DNA from: an uncultured Actinomycetota bacterium
GTDB taxonomy: Bacteria > Actinomycetota > Actinomycetes > Mycobacteriales > Mycobacteriaceae
Direction of reading: 5' to 3'
Length of the DNA stretch: 64,000 bases
Assembly (NCBI GenBank): GCA_963822655.1
Contig: CAWGIJ010000008.1
Span: 9,337 to 73,336, forward strand
Shown here: in pieces, positions 41,495-52,871 of the stretch
How the letters are laid out: the number at the start of each line of letters is the position of its first letter
How positions within the stretch are numbered: position 1 is the stretch's first letter
Notes under the pieces: generated by a model
The model's input: the letters and a program-made list of their open reading frames with translations, nothing else
What the model was told of the DNA's origin: nothing
Database searches by the model: none
Made by a program: the position numbers and the translations under genes

Positions 41495-44400
41495 ATGTCC
41501 GGTATGGAACGTGGGATCTACGAGATTCTTCTAACGGATGCATTACGAACTGAAGTGAGCTCCCTCGAAGAACATCTGACGAAAGACACCCGACCGCTGC
41601 ATACCGCCGAGGCTGCAGACCGAATCGCATTGCACCTAAGCCGATATCTTCAGCAGGCTCTGGAGTCGGTCAGCGATAGTGAGCGCGTTCGAGTTGGCAT
41701 CGAGCTGGCACGCGATTTGATCGCCCGAATCGCCGAGGTCTCCAAATCGGACCACTCCGAATCGCCGTCCGAGCCTGGCGAGGTCCTACACGCTATCGTC
41801 GAACGGCTGCCGGACGGGAGGCCAGGGCGGATCGCCGAACCCCTGATACCTCTGCTCGATACCACCCTGCTCACCAACGCACCCGGCGATCCCAGTCTGC
41901 TTCGCCAGCTAGATACAGAGATCGAGTCGGCGGACGCAATCGACGTTGTCATGGCGTTCATTCGACGCAGCGGCATAAACCCGCTTCTGTCATCGCTTCG
42001 CCGCCACTGTGAAAGCGGCAAGCCACTTCGAGTCCTCACAACCATCTATACGGGCTCCACAGAGAGACAAGCCCTCGAACAGCTGAAAGGCATTGGCGCC
42101 CAAATCCGCGTCTCATACGATGTCGGCACGACCCGTCTTCACGCCAAGTCGTGGGTCTTCCATCGACGCTCCGGTTTCTCGACGGCCTACGTAGGCTCGT
42201 CAAATCTCACCCACACCGCCCAGCTCACAGGCCTTGAGTGGAATATTCGTGCTTCTTCGGCGCGCAATCACGACATCCTCGCAAAGTTTGAGGCAGTCTT
42301 TGAAAGTTATTGGCAGAGCGCCGACTTCGTCGAGTTCGACTCCGCGCAATTTGATGCCGAAAGTCGAGCGGGCCGGACGCACTGACCACGGCCCTACCGT
42401 GATACTCAGCCCCATCGAGCTTCGTCTAGAGCCGTTCCAAGAGCGTCTCCTGGAGCAGATCTCACTTTCACGCGTTCGCGGTCACCACAAAAACTTGCTC
42501 GTCGCCGCCACTGGCACCGGCAAGACCGTGATGGCTGCCGTCGACTATGCCCGCCTCCGCGACCAACTGTCGCGATCCCGGCTGCTTTTCGTTGCTCATC
42601 GTAACGAGATACTCGACCAAAGCCTCGCCACATTCCGATATGCATTGCGCAGCGCTTCCTTTGGCGAGAAATGGGTCAGCGGCTCGCGGCCCGAACGATT
42701 TCGACCACGTGTTCGCGTCCATCCAAAGCCTCAACGCCACGAAGCCTGCGAGCACCTTGCGCCTGATCACTTCGACGTCGTCATTGTTGACGAGTTCCAC
42801 CACGCGGCGGCACCCTCCTACCGCAAGCTGCTCGACCACGTGCAACCGCGTGAACTACTCGGTCTAACCGCTACGCCGGAACGGAGCGACGATCTTTCGA
42901 TCCTGCATTGGTTCGACGATCGGATCGCCGCGGAGCTCAGATTGTGGGACGCAATCGATCAGCAGCGACTTTGCCCGTTCATGTACTTCGGAATTCACGA
43001 CGGTCTCGACTTGACCGATATACCGTGGCGCCGCGGTCGGGGCTACGACATCGAGGCCCTGAGCAATCTGTACACGAGCACCGATGCGTGGGCTCGTACC
43101 GTGCTGCAAGAAGTGATCCGACTTGCCGACGACACCAACTCGATGCGGGCCCTTGGTTTCTGCGTCGGCATCGAGCACGCCCAGTTCATGGCAGCACACT
43201 TCAATAGGCACGGTATTTCTGCCGTAGCTATTTGGGGTAACAGCTCGCGAGACGACCGCGTCGCAGCGCTGCGTGACCTTGCGGACGGGAAGGTGAAAGT
43301 CGTGTTCTCAGTGGACCTCTTCAACGAGGGAGTCGACGTTCCAAACGTCGACACATTGCTTATGCTGCGGCCGACTGAAAGCCCGACGCTGTTTCTGCAA
43401 CAGCTCGGGCGCGGACTGCGCCGATCCAAGGAAAAGAATTTCTGCACAGTGTTGGATTTTGTCGGCACCCACCGCCGGGAATTTCGCTTCGACCGCAGAT
43501 ACCGGGCGCTCCTCGGCGGCGACTCGTAGAGATCTCGAAAGGGCCGTGCAGCAGGGCTTTCCATTTTTGCCCGCAGGGTGCTACATGAATCTGGATCGGA
43601 AGGCGACCGAAATCGTGTTACGTAGCATTCGTGACGCGATCCCGTCACGATGGCCGGCCCGGGTAGCAGAGCTGCGCGCCGTCTACAACGAGTATCCCGA
43701 TGTCTCCCTTCCCAAGTACTTAGAGGAATCCGGACTGGATTTGCCCGACGTGTACGACGGGACCCGCGGATGGTCGGATTTGTGCGAAGCAGCGGGCATG
43801 CCAGTCGCGCCGGCTGGACCGAACGAGACCCCGCTGCGCAGAGCAGTTGGCCGTTTGCTTCACATTGATGATGATGAACGCATTGATGTGTATCGCCGGC
43901 TTTTCGAGGTGCCAACTCCTGTGGATGTGTCGACGCTGTCCGAGCGCGATCGGCGTCTGGTGCGAATGCTGGTAGCCAGTCTGGGAGACCAAGTTCTGAC
44001 CAAAGAACAATCGCTCCAGGCAGCCGTCGACCTGGTGTGGTCACATCCACAAGTTCGTGCTGAATTTGCCCAACTACTCGTCGAACTCGACGAGCAGAGT
44101 CGACCACCTGCATGGGAATCTCGAAAGATCATCCCGATGTGCCACTTCAGGTCCATGCCCGCTACTCGCGCATCGAAATCCTCGCAGCCTTCGGTATCGG
44201 AGACGGGGCGAAGGTAGTCGAGTGGCGTGAGGGGGTATACGACGCCAAAAGCGCGGGCGCCGACATCCTGGCGTTCACGCTCGACAAGAGCACCGGGAAA
44301 TTCTCACCGACCACCCGCTACCGCGATTACGCCATAAGCCCATCGCTGATCCACTGGGAAAGCCAGTCAGGGTCCGCGCCGATAGCCCAACCGGTCTTCG

Positions 44401-44595
44401 TTACCGCAACCACAGATCACTGGCCGCACAATTATGTTGTTCACGCGTCTACGCGCCGATGATCGGGCCTTCTGGTTTCTCGGTCCAGCTACGTATCGCG
44501 GTCACACGGGTGAAAAGCCAATGGGTATTACGTGGGAACTGCACACCCCATTACCAGGCGATCTATATCAGTCTTTCGCCGCCGCAATTGCGTAA
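41495..44595 (+). pseudogene. PLD-family nuclease / SF2 (DExH, ResIII-type) helicase / DUF3427 fusion protein, at least 7 frame changes
   Basis: PLD HKD motif TRLHAKSWVFHRRSGFSTAYVGSSNLT. Stop at 42383-42385, then helicase motifs LLVAATGTGKT, VVIVDEFHH, LGLTATPER and QQLGRGLRR, with an excursion into another frame (NDFDHVFASIQSLNATKPA). Further shifts occur near 43525, 44110, 44375 and 44420. The DUF3427-like end is HARYSRIEILAAFG...LIHWESQS / VRADSPTGLRYRNH / GRTIMLFTRLRADDRAFWFLGPATYRGHTGEKPMGITWELHTPLPGDLYQSFAAAIA, stop 44593-44595. Confidence 0.8.
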
Positions 44596-44604
44596 CAGCG
44601 CCCC

Positions 44605-47248
44605 TCACCCGCCCACCACCCCACCCTCCCCAGCCGCAACCAGCAGCATGAACGTCCGCTCCCCTTTGCCGGCTTTGGTCGTCAACTCCAGCGGGTAATA
44701 CCCATCCCGCACCGACTCCGCCACCTTGACCGTCACCGTCGACGTCCCAGCCCCGTCGTCACCGAACTTCCCCGACACCGACTCCACGGAAATCCCTGCC
44801 TCATAAGACTTTCCGGAGATCTCATAGTCGCCAGGCCCGTCGACCATCCGCTGCACGTTGACCGTCACCTCGGTGTCCGTCCCGGCGTCCATCGCGACAA
44901 CCGACGGCGACACGTTGACCGTCACCGGCACACTGCCCGCACCGAACGACGGCGGCGCCGAATCAGCAGCGGTCCCCCACGACTTGTTGGGTTTCGATGA
45001 CAGCGAGAACGCCAGCTCGCCGCCACCCGCAAGGAGCGACTCCGGTAGATACGTCTTGTTCGGTCGACTTGCCGTCGATGTGCAACCCAGCGATGTACTG
45101 CAACCGGTGATGCCCGGACGCACCCGGCGCGGAAATGTGGATGAATTTGTCTGCGGGCAAAGCGATGTCGACCTTGTCGAACAGCGGCGCGTTCACCGTG
45201 AGAATCGACGTACCCGGGGTACTCGGGTACAGCCCCAAAGAAGACCAGACATACCACGCCGACATCGCCCCCAGGTCGTCGTTGCCCGGCTCGCCATCGG
45301 GCGTGGGACTGAATAGCGTGCCGCGTATCCGGTCGACCAATTCCTGTGTCTTCCAAGGTTGCCCGAGGTAGTTGTACAGCCACGGCACCGAGAAGTTCGG
45401 CTCGTTGCCCGCCCACAGATACGGGTCCACCGGACCGACATTCAGCTGCGTCGTGAACTTGTCGAGCCGCTCGGACACCGCATCGCGGCCACCCAGCGCG
45501 GTCACCAGGCCGGCGATGTTCTGCGGCACGTACCAGACGTACTGCTCGGCGTTGCCCTCGTCGAACCCGACCTGACTGAAGCAGTCCTTCCCGGGCGGCC
45601 GCACCGCCGGACCCTCGGGGAAGAAGCCCAGCGAGTTGCGCGGCTGGATGGAATGCGTCGTCGGGTTGAACAGGTTCTGCCAGTACTGCGCCCGGTCCTG
45701 AAAGTCGCGCGCGGTATCGGAATCGCCGAGATCGGAAGCGAATTGGGAGATCGCGAAGTCGTCGACCGACCACTCCAGCGAGATCGACGCCGCCGGGAAC
45801 GAGCCGTGGCAGGACGACGACGGCAACGGCAGGTAGCCGCGCTTGAGATACGTCTCGACGGCCGGCCGTTCCACGTAGCCGTTGCGGCCGACCCCGCCCT
45901 CGGTCGCGGCGTCGAGCATGAAGTGCAGCGCCCGCTGAGTGTCAAAGTCCTTGGCGCCGAACGCATAGAAGTTGGCGATCAACGGCACCACGCTGTCGCC
46001 GGTCATCTCCGCGGTCGCGGTATTCGCTAGCGCCCACCGCGGGAATGACCCGCTCTGCTCGGCGTCGTTCACCAGGGACTGCGCCATGTCGCTGGCTTCG
46101 TTCGGGAAAATCATCGCCTGCAGCGCCGCCACCCCGCGATAGGTGTCCCAGTCGGAGTAATTGGCGTACTGCGTGTGGTTCGGCGCCACAGTGTGGATTT
46201 CGCGATCGAACCCGATGTAACGCCCGTCCATGTCGTTGAATGTGTTGGGGTTCAACAGCGAATGGTAGAGCGCTGAATAGAAGGTGACGATGTCGTCTTC
46301 GGTATAGCCGGCGACCCTGATCCGCGATAGCGCGTCATTCCACTGCTTCGATGCCGCCGCACGGATGTCCTCGAAGCTCGCAGCCGCCTCGTCGAGATTC
46401 TTCTGTGCACCGTCAATGTCCACGTAGGACAACGCCGTTCGCACCTCCAGATCCGAGCCGGCGTCGAACTCGACGTATCCCCCGCTGGAACCCTGGTAGC
46501 TCGAGTAGGCGCTGCGGCCGTTGGGGAAGACCGAGAAGCCGTCCCAGGTGCCGAATGCCGTGAACGGCTTGCTGAACTTCATCGCGAAGTAGACCGTGTA
46601 GACGTTGTTCTTGCCGCAGAACCCGCCGCTGGTCGCCGAGCCGGTGATCGTGGTGTTGTCGTCGCTGATTTTGATCTTCGCGGCCGAGGTTCCGCCCAAC
46701 GACCCGCCGGGCCGGATGAAGAACCGCGCCGCGCGATCGTTCGGGTAGTGGAAGCGGCCCACGCCGGTGCGGTTGGTGGCCGTGAGTTCGGCCGTCACAC
46801 CCGCCGACGGCAGTCGCACTGTGTAGTAGCCGGGCACGCCCTTCTCGTCTCGGTCGTGCGCGATTTCCTCCGAGGCGTTCCACGGCTCGTCGCCGACCGA
46901 GCTCGTCGTCGGCAGCATCGAGATATCACCGAACGCCGGGCACCCCACCGAGGCGTGGGTCATGCTGAACCCGGTGGATCGCCCGTTGGAGTGGCTGTAG
47001 CCCGCATAGTTGCCGACGGTGTCCGGCGAGTACTGCACCATCCCGAACGGCACCGAGGGCCCGGGGAAGTTGTTGATCTCGCCGACCGTCTTGCCGCCGT
47101 TGCCGGTCCCGATCAGGGTGTCGACGTGCTCGAGCGGATTCGCCACCATCGGGGGCGGCTCATAGGACGTCGGCGTGGCGCTGACCAGCATCGCGCTGAC
47201 CAGCACAGCCGCTGCGATGAACGCCACGGCACCCCGACGTGACCGCAT
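44605..47248 (-). pseudogene. Glycoside hydrolase family 92 (alpha-mannosidase-like), secreted, one frameshift near 45060
   Basis: Signal [25 protein letters not shown] 761-aa body typical of GH92 follows (...[36 protein letters not shown]...[16 protein letters not shown]...). After ...[12 protein letters not shown] the frame changes into [30 protein letters not shown]..., plus an extra beta-rich C-domain ending at 44605. Confidence 0.8.
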
Positions 47249-47347
47249 ATCCGAATTCTGCTCCTCAGCTGGTACTTCGTGTGGGAGGCGGATCGGAGAG
47301 TTGTGGACGGCCGCGCAGCGCCCCCACCGGCATGGAAGTATCCCCGT

Positions 47348-48808
47348 ATGCGATCAACCGTCAAACGGGTCGTCGTGTTCCTGACCGCGCTGATGATGAT
47401 CACGTCGTGCGGCGGCAACGACCAACCTGCTGAGGCGCCGAAAACGACTGGGGTGCCGGGCTTGTCGCAGTCCGAGGCGACCGATATCGGTACCGAGGCC
47501 TACGCCTACGCCTATCCGCTCGTCACGATGGAATACACGCGCCGCGCCTTCACCAATGTCCCTGCGCCCCAGGACACCAAGGCCCCGATGGGCCAATTCG
47601 CCCGCCTGCGCACCTTCCCCAACGCCGCCGACCACGCCGCGACCGCGCCGAATGCCGACACGCTCTACACCCAGGCCTGGTTCGACGTGTCGAAAGAGCC
47701 GTGGGTCGTCACCGTCCCGGACATGGGCGACCGCTACTTCCTGCTGCCGATGATGGACGCGTGGACCAACGTCTTCGCGTCGCCGGGCACCCGCAACGGC
47801 GGCGGCAAGCCGCGGACGTTCGCGATCACCGGCCCCGGCTGGCACGGCACCCTGCCTCCCGATGTGCTGAACTACCAGGCGCCGACGGCATTGGTGTGGC
47901 TGCTGGGCCGCATCTACTGCTCGGGCACCCCGGAGGACTACGACGCGGTGCACAAGCTGCAGGACGGGATCACCGCCTTTCCGCTGTCGTCGTTCGGCAA
48001 GCCTTATCTGCCACCGCCGTTGGCTCCGATCACCGCGTCCATCGACATGGTGACGTCGGCACGCAAACAGGTGAATTCCCTTGGTGCGCCGGAGTATTTC
48101 AAGCTGTTCGCCCGGTTGCTCAAAACCAACCCGCCGAGTGCCGCCGATGCGCCGATGGTCGCCAAGCTAGCCCGGATCGGCATCGTTCCAGGGCAGGACT
48201 TCGACCCGTCGACGTTGCCGGCCGCGGCGAACACCGGACTGGCGATGGCACCAAAACTGGGTCAGGACAACATCAATAGCTGGCGCGAAGACGGCGTGGT
48301 CGCCGGCGATTTCGTCTACAAGAACGGGTGGCACTACACCATCAAGGCCGGCAAATACGGGACCAACTACCGGCAACGGGCATTCGTCACCGAGGTCGGC
48401 GTCGGGGCCAACCTGCCCGAGGACGCCGTCTACCCAACGTCAGACGGCGCCGAGGTGAAGCAGAAGTACAGCGGCGCAACGAAATACACCATGCACTTCG
48501 ACAAGGGGCAGATGCCGCCGGCGAAGGGATTCTGGTCGCTGACGATGTACAACAGCGACTACTTCTTCGTCGACAACCCGCTGAACCGCTACACCCTGAG
48601 CCCGCGGGACAAGTTCATCGAAAACCCCGACGGCTCTGTGGACATCTACATCCAGCCCGATTCCCCCGGCCCGGACAAGGATGCCAATTGGCTGCCCGCG
48701 CCCAAGGATGGCTTCTCGCTGATGATGCGGCTCTACTGGCCCAACGAGAAGAAGCCGTCGATTCTGGACGGGACGTGGCACATCCCGCCGGTCAAGCCCC
48801 AGCCCTAA
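47348..48808 (+). CDS. DUF1254/DUF1214 two-domain lipoprotein
   Basis: [23 protein letters not shown] (lipobox). [15 protein letters not shown]...[43 protein letters not shown] (DUF1254-like). ...[21 protein letters not shown]...ANWLPAP...[10 protein letters not shown] (DUF1214-like). Intact. Confidence 0.8.
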   Translation: MRSTVKRVVVFLTALMMITSCGGNDQPAEAPKTTGVPGLSQSEATDIGTEAYAYAYPLVTMEYTRRAFTNVPAPQDTKAPMGQFARLRTFPNAADHAATAPNADTLYTQAWFDVSKEPWVVTVPDMGDRYFLLPMMDAWTNVFASPGTRNGGGKPRTFAITGPGWHGTLPPDVLNYQAPTALVWLLGRIYCSGTPEDYDAVHKLQDGITAFPLSSFGKPYLPPPLAPITASIDMVTSARKQVNSLGAPEYFKLFARLLKTNPPSAADAPMVAKLARIGIVPGQDFDPSTLPAAANTGLAMAPKLGQDNINSWREDGVVAGDFVYKNGWHYTIKAGKYGTNYRQRAFVTEVGVGANLPEDAVYPTSDGAEVKQKYSGATKYTMHFDKGQMPPAKGFWSLTMYNSDYFFVDNPLNRYTLSPRDKFIENPDGSVDIYIQPDSPGPDKDANWLPAPKDGFSLMMRLYWPNEKKPSILDGTWHIPPVKPQP

Positions 48809-48820
48809 CCGATGTGAGCC

Positions 48821-49762
48821 CTAAGCCTTTCGGGCGAAGACGAATTCGTTGCCCGGCACCAGGTCCTTGACTTTGGGGTCGGGGCCGCGGCCGAAGCCTT
48901 CCATCAGTTCGGCGGCCGGTGTCACCGTCACCTCGAAGCCGTGGCGGGCAAACCACTCGCCGACCGGCTCGCGCTCCTCGAAGTACCACAGCTCGTCGGT
49001 CCGCGGGACCTCGCGATCCGGCTGAGTCTTGGCCAGCACGTCGCGCACCCGATCCATCCGTTGGCGCCGCTTGGCCCGTAGCTCCTCGTCGAGGAACGTC
49101 GGCCCCAGCGCTTCGACCGCAACCCGGCTGCCGGGAGCGGAGAGTTCGGTGATGCGTTCGAACAGCAGTTCCTGCGCCGCGTTCGGCAGGTAGGGCATCA
49201 GGCCCTCGGCGGACCACACGCTCGGCTGCGACGGGTCAAAACCGGCCTCCTGCAATGCCTTCGGCCAGTCGTGCCTTAAGTCGACAGCAACCTCGATCCG
49301 GTTGGCGGCGGGCTTGGCGCCGTGCTCGGTGAGCGTCGAGAGCTTGAAATCCAGTACCCGGTCCTGGTCGAGTTCGTAGACCGTCACGCCGTCCGGCCAC
49401 GGCAGCCGCCACGACCGTGAGTCGAGACCCGCCGCCAGAATCACGGCCTGCGTGATGCCGTCGTTGGCGGCGGTGGTGAAGAACGAGTCGAAGAACTTGG
49501 TGCGCGACGCCATGTAGTCGACCATCGCGTCCATCTGCAGCGGCAGGTCGGGCTCGGCCTCGAGCACCTCTTGCGGCAGGTCTGGACCCGAGTGCCAGCT
49601 CCACACGCCGTCGCCGGCGGCGTCGAGGAACACCCGCGCGAACGGGTCTTGGATCAGCGGGTTGTCGCGCTCGGTTTCCGCCGCGCGGGCCGACGCCACG
49701 CCCAGCGCCGTCGCCCCAACGCTTTCGGTGATTTCCCAGGAGTCGTTGTCAGTTCTCGCCAT
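48821..49762 (-). CDS. Class I SAM-dependent (O-)methyltransferase, paralog of 5660-6601
   Basis: ATG 49762: [27 protein letters not shown]...[34 protein letters not shown]. 313 aa, roughly two-thirds identical by eye to the other copy. Confidence 0.9.
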   Translation of the reverse strand: MARTDNDSWEITESVGATALGVASARAAETERDNPLIQDPFARVFLDAAGDGVWSWHSGPDLPQEVLEAEPDLPLQMDAMVDYMASRTKFFDSFFTTAANDGITQAVILAAGLDSRSWRLPWPDGVTVYELDQDRVLDFKLSTLTEHGAKPAANRIEVAVDLRHDWPKALQEAGFDPSQPSVWSAEGLMPYLPNAAQELLFERITELSAPGSRVAVEALGPTFLDEELRAKRRQRMDRVRDVLAKTQPDREVPRTDELWYFEEREPVGEWFARHGFEVTVTPAAELMEGFGRGPDPKVKDLVPGNEFVFARKA

Positions 49763-49843
49763 GCCTCGAAAGTACGTGAGGTGGCTTGGCGTCGGCTGTG
49801 CGTCCGGTTGCCGGAGGGGTGAACGCCGAGTGATATCGCATGT

Positions 49844-49962
49844 GGTCACGTTTTCGAATTCGGTCACATGGTCGCTCTCTGATACCCACGTGACACCTGT
49901 GACTCGGCACAGCGTCTGTCCAGTTACAAAGGCCCGGCAATCCGGCTATCGGCTGAGGTCAC
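49844..49962. promoter_or_regulatory. Cluster of five GTCAC/GTGAC pentamers in a divergent intergenic region
   Basis: GGTCAC at 49844-49849, 49862-49867 and 49957-49962. GTGAC at 49890-49894 and 49899-49903. A random 120-bp stretch would be expected to hold about 0.2 copies on both strands, assuming equal base use. Confidence 0.3.
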
Positions 49963-50016
49963 CGGTTATGTTGTCGGCGGAACTCGGACACACGCAGGCC
50001 GGAGGTTGCTTGGAGC

Positions 50017-52392
50017 ATGCTCATTGATGGTCGCGAAGTCAGGGTTTCGGGCAGCCTGCTGCAACCCCTGACTCGGCGCACCAACGACATGCTGCGAGTC
50101 GCCTTGTCCGGGGCGCTGCTGGCGGTCGTGATCACCAGCTCGCTGATCACCCGCACGCGGTGGGACGGGCTGGAGATGTCCATCTCGCGCATCGTCGGGG
50201 TGCTGACACCCACGCAGTCCGACGTGGTCTACATGGTCTACGGCCTCGCGGTCCTGGCGTTGCCGTTCATGATCCTGTTCGGCCTGGTCATCGCCCGGCA
50301 GTGGCGACTGCTGATCCCCTACGCGGCGGCCGCGTTGCTGTCGATTCTCTCGCTGTCGATCACCGGCACCGGCATCGCCGCCCCGCAGTGGCACTTCGAC
50401 TTCAACGACCGCCTGCGCACCGTGCTGTCGCAGTTCCTCGACGACCCGCGCTGGATCGCCATGCTCGCGGCGGTGCTCACCGTGTCCGGTCCGTGGCTGC
50501 CGGCGCGGTGGCGGCACTGGTGGTGGGGCCTGCTGCTGGCCTTCATCCCGATCCACCTGGTGGTCAGCGCGATCGTGCCGGCCCGCTCGCTGCTGGGTAT
50601 TGCGGTCGGCTGGTTCGTCGGCGCGCTGGTGATCCTGGTCAGCGGCACGCCCGCACTCGAGGTACCGCTCGACGACGCGGTCCGCATGATGGCCAAACGC
50701 GGCTTCGCGGTGACGGGCCTGCGGGTGGTCCGGCCGGCCGGGTCGGGTCCGCTGATCCTGGCGGCGGTCACCGAGGAGTCTGACGAGAACGCCGTCGTCG
50801 AGATGTACGGGCCGCACCAACGCAGCGGCGGTGCGCTGCGGCAGGCCTGGCGAATAGCGCGACTGCGCGACAGCGAGACCGCTCCGCTGCAGGCCTCGAT
50901 GCGTCGTGCCGTCGAGCATCGGGCCCTGATGGCGATCGCGATCGGCGACCTGGGCATCGCGAACACGGCGACGATCGCCGTCGGCGTCCTCGACCGTGGC
51001 TGGACGATCTACGCGCACAAGCGAATTCGCGGTGAGCCGTTGAAGGCCTGCTACAAGTCGACACCGGTGGCCGAGGTATGGGAGTCGCTGCACAAGCTGC
51101 AGGAGCACCAGATCTCGCACGGCGACCTGCGTGACAAGGAAATCACCGTCAGCAACGGCGCCGTGTTCTTCGGTGGATTCGTCAGCGCCGAATACGGCGC
51201 CACCGACAACCAACTGCAGTCCGACATCGCGCAGCTCCTGCTCACCACGTCGGCGCTCTACGGCGCGGACGAGGCCGTCGCCGCGGCCATCGAGGTGCTC
51301 GGCCGCGACACCGTGCTGACCGCATCGCGCAGGCTCACCAAAGCCGCTGTGCCGAAGCATGTTCGCGACTCCGTTACCGACGCCAAAGGCGTCATGGCCC
51401 GCAGTCGCGCGGCGGTCATGCGCCAAACCGGCACGGAGAAGATCCAGACCGAATCGATCACCCGATTCAGCCGCAGCCAGCTGATCCAGCTGATCCTGCT
51501 CGGCGCGCTGGTGTACGTCGCCTATCCGTTCATCAGCACCGTGCCGACGTTCTTCAATGCGCTGGCGAGGGCGAACTGGTGGTGGGCGCTGCTGGGCCTG
51601 GCCATCTCGGCGTCGACGTATGTCGGCGCCGCTGCGGCGCTGTGGGCCAGCGCTGACAAGACGGTGAACTTCTGGCGGCTCTCGATTGCACAGGTAGCCA
51701 ACACTTTTGCCGCGACCACCACCCCGGCCGGCGTCGGCGGGCTCGCGTTGAGTACCCGGATTCTGCAGAAGAGTGGGCTGAGCACGACGCGGGCCACGAC
51801 CGCGGTCGCGCTGCAGCAGTCGATGCAGGTGATCATGCACATCCTGCTGCTGATCTTCTTCAGTACCGCCGCAGGCGCGGGGACCGATCTTGCGCACTTC
51901 GTGCCGAAGTCGACGATGCTCTACCTGATTGGCGGTGTGGCGCTGGGGATTATCGGCATCGCCTTGCTGGTGCCCAACCTGCGACGCTGGCTGTCGACCT
52001 CGGTGACGCCCAAGCTCAAGGAGGTCCTCGGCGACATCGTCGAGGTCGCGCGCGAGCCCCGGCGGATGGCGCTGATCGTTTTGGGTTGCACCGGAACGAC
52101 TCTCGGCGCGGCGTTGGCGCTGTGGGTCAGCGTGGAGGCTTTCGGCGGCAACGCGACGTTCGTCAGCGTCACCGTGGTGACGATGGTCGGCGGGACGTTG
52201 GCGTCTGCCGCGCCCACCCCGGGCGGCGTCGGCGCCGTTGAAGCGGCGCTCATCGGTGGGCTCGCCGCGTTCGGCCTGCCGGCCGCCGTCAGCGTGCCGT
52301 CGGTGCTGCTGTATCGGGTGCTGACCTGCTGGATACCGGTGTTCGTCGGGTGGCCGGTGATGCAGTGGCTGACCCGCAACGACATGGTCTAG
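50017..52392 (+). CDS. Large membrane protein: N-terminal TM block, kinase-like central domain, C-terminal MprF/UPF0104 flippase-like TM domain
   Basis: Intact 791 aa. The centre has ...LHKLQEHQISHGDLRDKEITVSNGAVFFGGFVSAEYGATD (HGD catalytic-loop-like). The C-terminus has FAATTTPAGVGGLALSTRIL and GGTLASAAPTPGGVGAVEAALIGGL, typical of lysylphosphatidylglycerol-synthase TM-region proteins. Confidence 0.8.
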   Translation: MLIDGREVRVSGSLLQPLTRRTNDMLRVALSGALLAVVITSSLITRTRWDGLEMSISRIVGVLTPTQSDVVYMVYGLAVLALPFMILFGLVIARQWRLLIPYAAAALLSILSLSITGTGIAAPQWHFDFNDRLRTVLSQFLDDPRWIAMLAAVLTVSGPWLPARWRHWWWGLLLAFIPIHLVVSAIVPARSLLGIAVGWFVGALVILVSGTPALEVPLDDAVRMMAKRGFAVTGLRVVRPAGSGPLILAAVTEESDENAVVEMYGPHQRSGGALRQAWRIARLRDSETAPLQASMRRAVEHRALMAIAIGDLGIANTATIAVGVLDRGWTIYAHKRIRGEPLKACYKSTPVAEVWESLHKLQEHQISHGDLRDKEITVSNGAVFFGGFVSAEYGATDNQLQSDIAQLLLTTSALYGADEAVAAAIEVLGRDTVLTASRRLTKAAVPKHVRDSVTDAKGVMARSRAAVMRQTGTEKIQTESITRFSRSQLIQLILLGALVYVAYPFISTVPTFFNALARANWWWALLGLAISASTYVGAAAALWASADKTVNFWRLSIAQVANTFAATTTPAGVGGLALSTRILQKSGLSTTRATTAVALQQSMQVIMHILLLIFFSTAAGAGTDLAHFVPKSTMLYLIGGVALGIIGIALLVPNLRRWLSTSVTPKLKEVLGDIVEVAREPRRMALIVLGCTGTTLGAALALWVSVEAFGGNATFVSVTVVTMVGGTLASAAPTPGGVGAVEAALIGGLAAFGLPAAVSVPSVLLYRVLTCWIPVFVGWPVMQWLTRNDMV

Positions 52393-52871
52393 CGACCCGC
52401 GAAGTCGCCCACGGCGATCAGCGTGTTGCCAGTCCAGGCGGTTGCGAAGCCGACCGCAGTGAGAGCGCAGTCCAGGACGACCGCTCGGTGTGGAGAACTG
52501 TGCATCCACATGTCGAGCGCGGCGCTCGCGTTCGCGTGGGATCCGCTGCCCCAGTAAATGATCTCGCTGATTTCGCCGGGCCTGACGTAGCCCGCATCGA
52601 GCACCCGCGCCCGCGGCGACGAACCGTCCGAACCAATGTGGCCGCCCTCGACGCCGTTGATCACCAAGTCGTCGGCATGCCGCTGAGCCGCTGCTGTCAA
52701 ACGCGGGTCGTCACCGATCGTCCCGCATGCCTGACGGAGGTCGCTGACGCCGCTATAGATCGCGGCGCTGACATCCTCTGCGTGCGCAGCAAAACCAGCA
52801 ACGGTGCCGACAAGCATCTCGAACACGGTGCACACCGACAAGACAGCGGTGATCTTGCGTTTCATCGCCAT
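52389..52871 (-). CDS. CAP/SCP (PR-1-like) domain secreted protein
   Basis: MAMKRKITAVLSVCTVFEMLVGTVAGFAAHA (signal). ...RLTAAAQRHADDLVINGVEGGHIGSDGSSPRARV...IIYWGSGSHANASAALDMWMHSSPHRAVVLD. Intact. Confidence 0.75.
   Translation of the reverse strand: MAMKRKITAVLSVCTVFEMLVGTVAGFAAHAEDVSAAIYSGVSDLRQACGTIGDDPRLTAAAQRHADDLVINGVEGGHIGSDGSSPRARVLDAGYVRPGEISEIIYWGSGSHANASAALDMWMHSSPHRAVVLDCALTAVGFATAWTGNTLIAVGDFAGR

Noticed and set aside
49966-52509. 847-aa ORF on the minus strand, the longest in the window
   Set aside because: It is antisense to the well-supported MprF-like gene. Its composition is dominated by Arg, Gly, Asp, His and Pro with no motifs. This is a typical shadow ORF of GC-rich DNA. 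The same reasoning applies to 29789-31444(-), 15685-16638(-), 43043-44113(-), 33691-34657(-) and 36286-37642(-).
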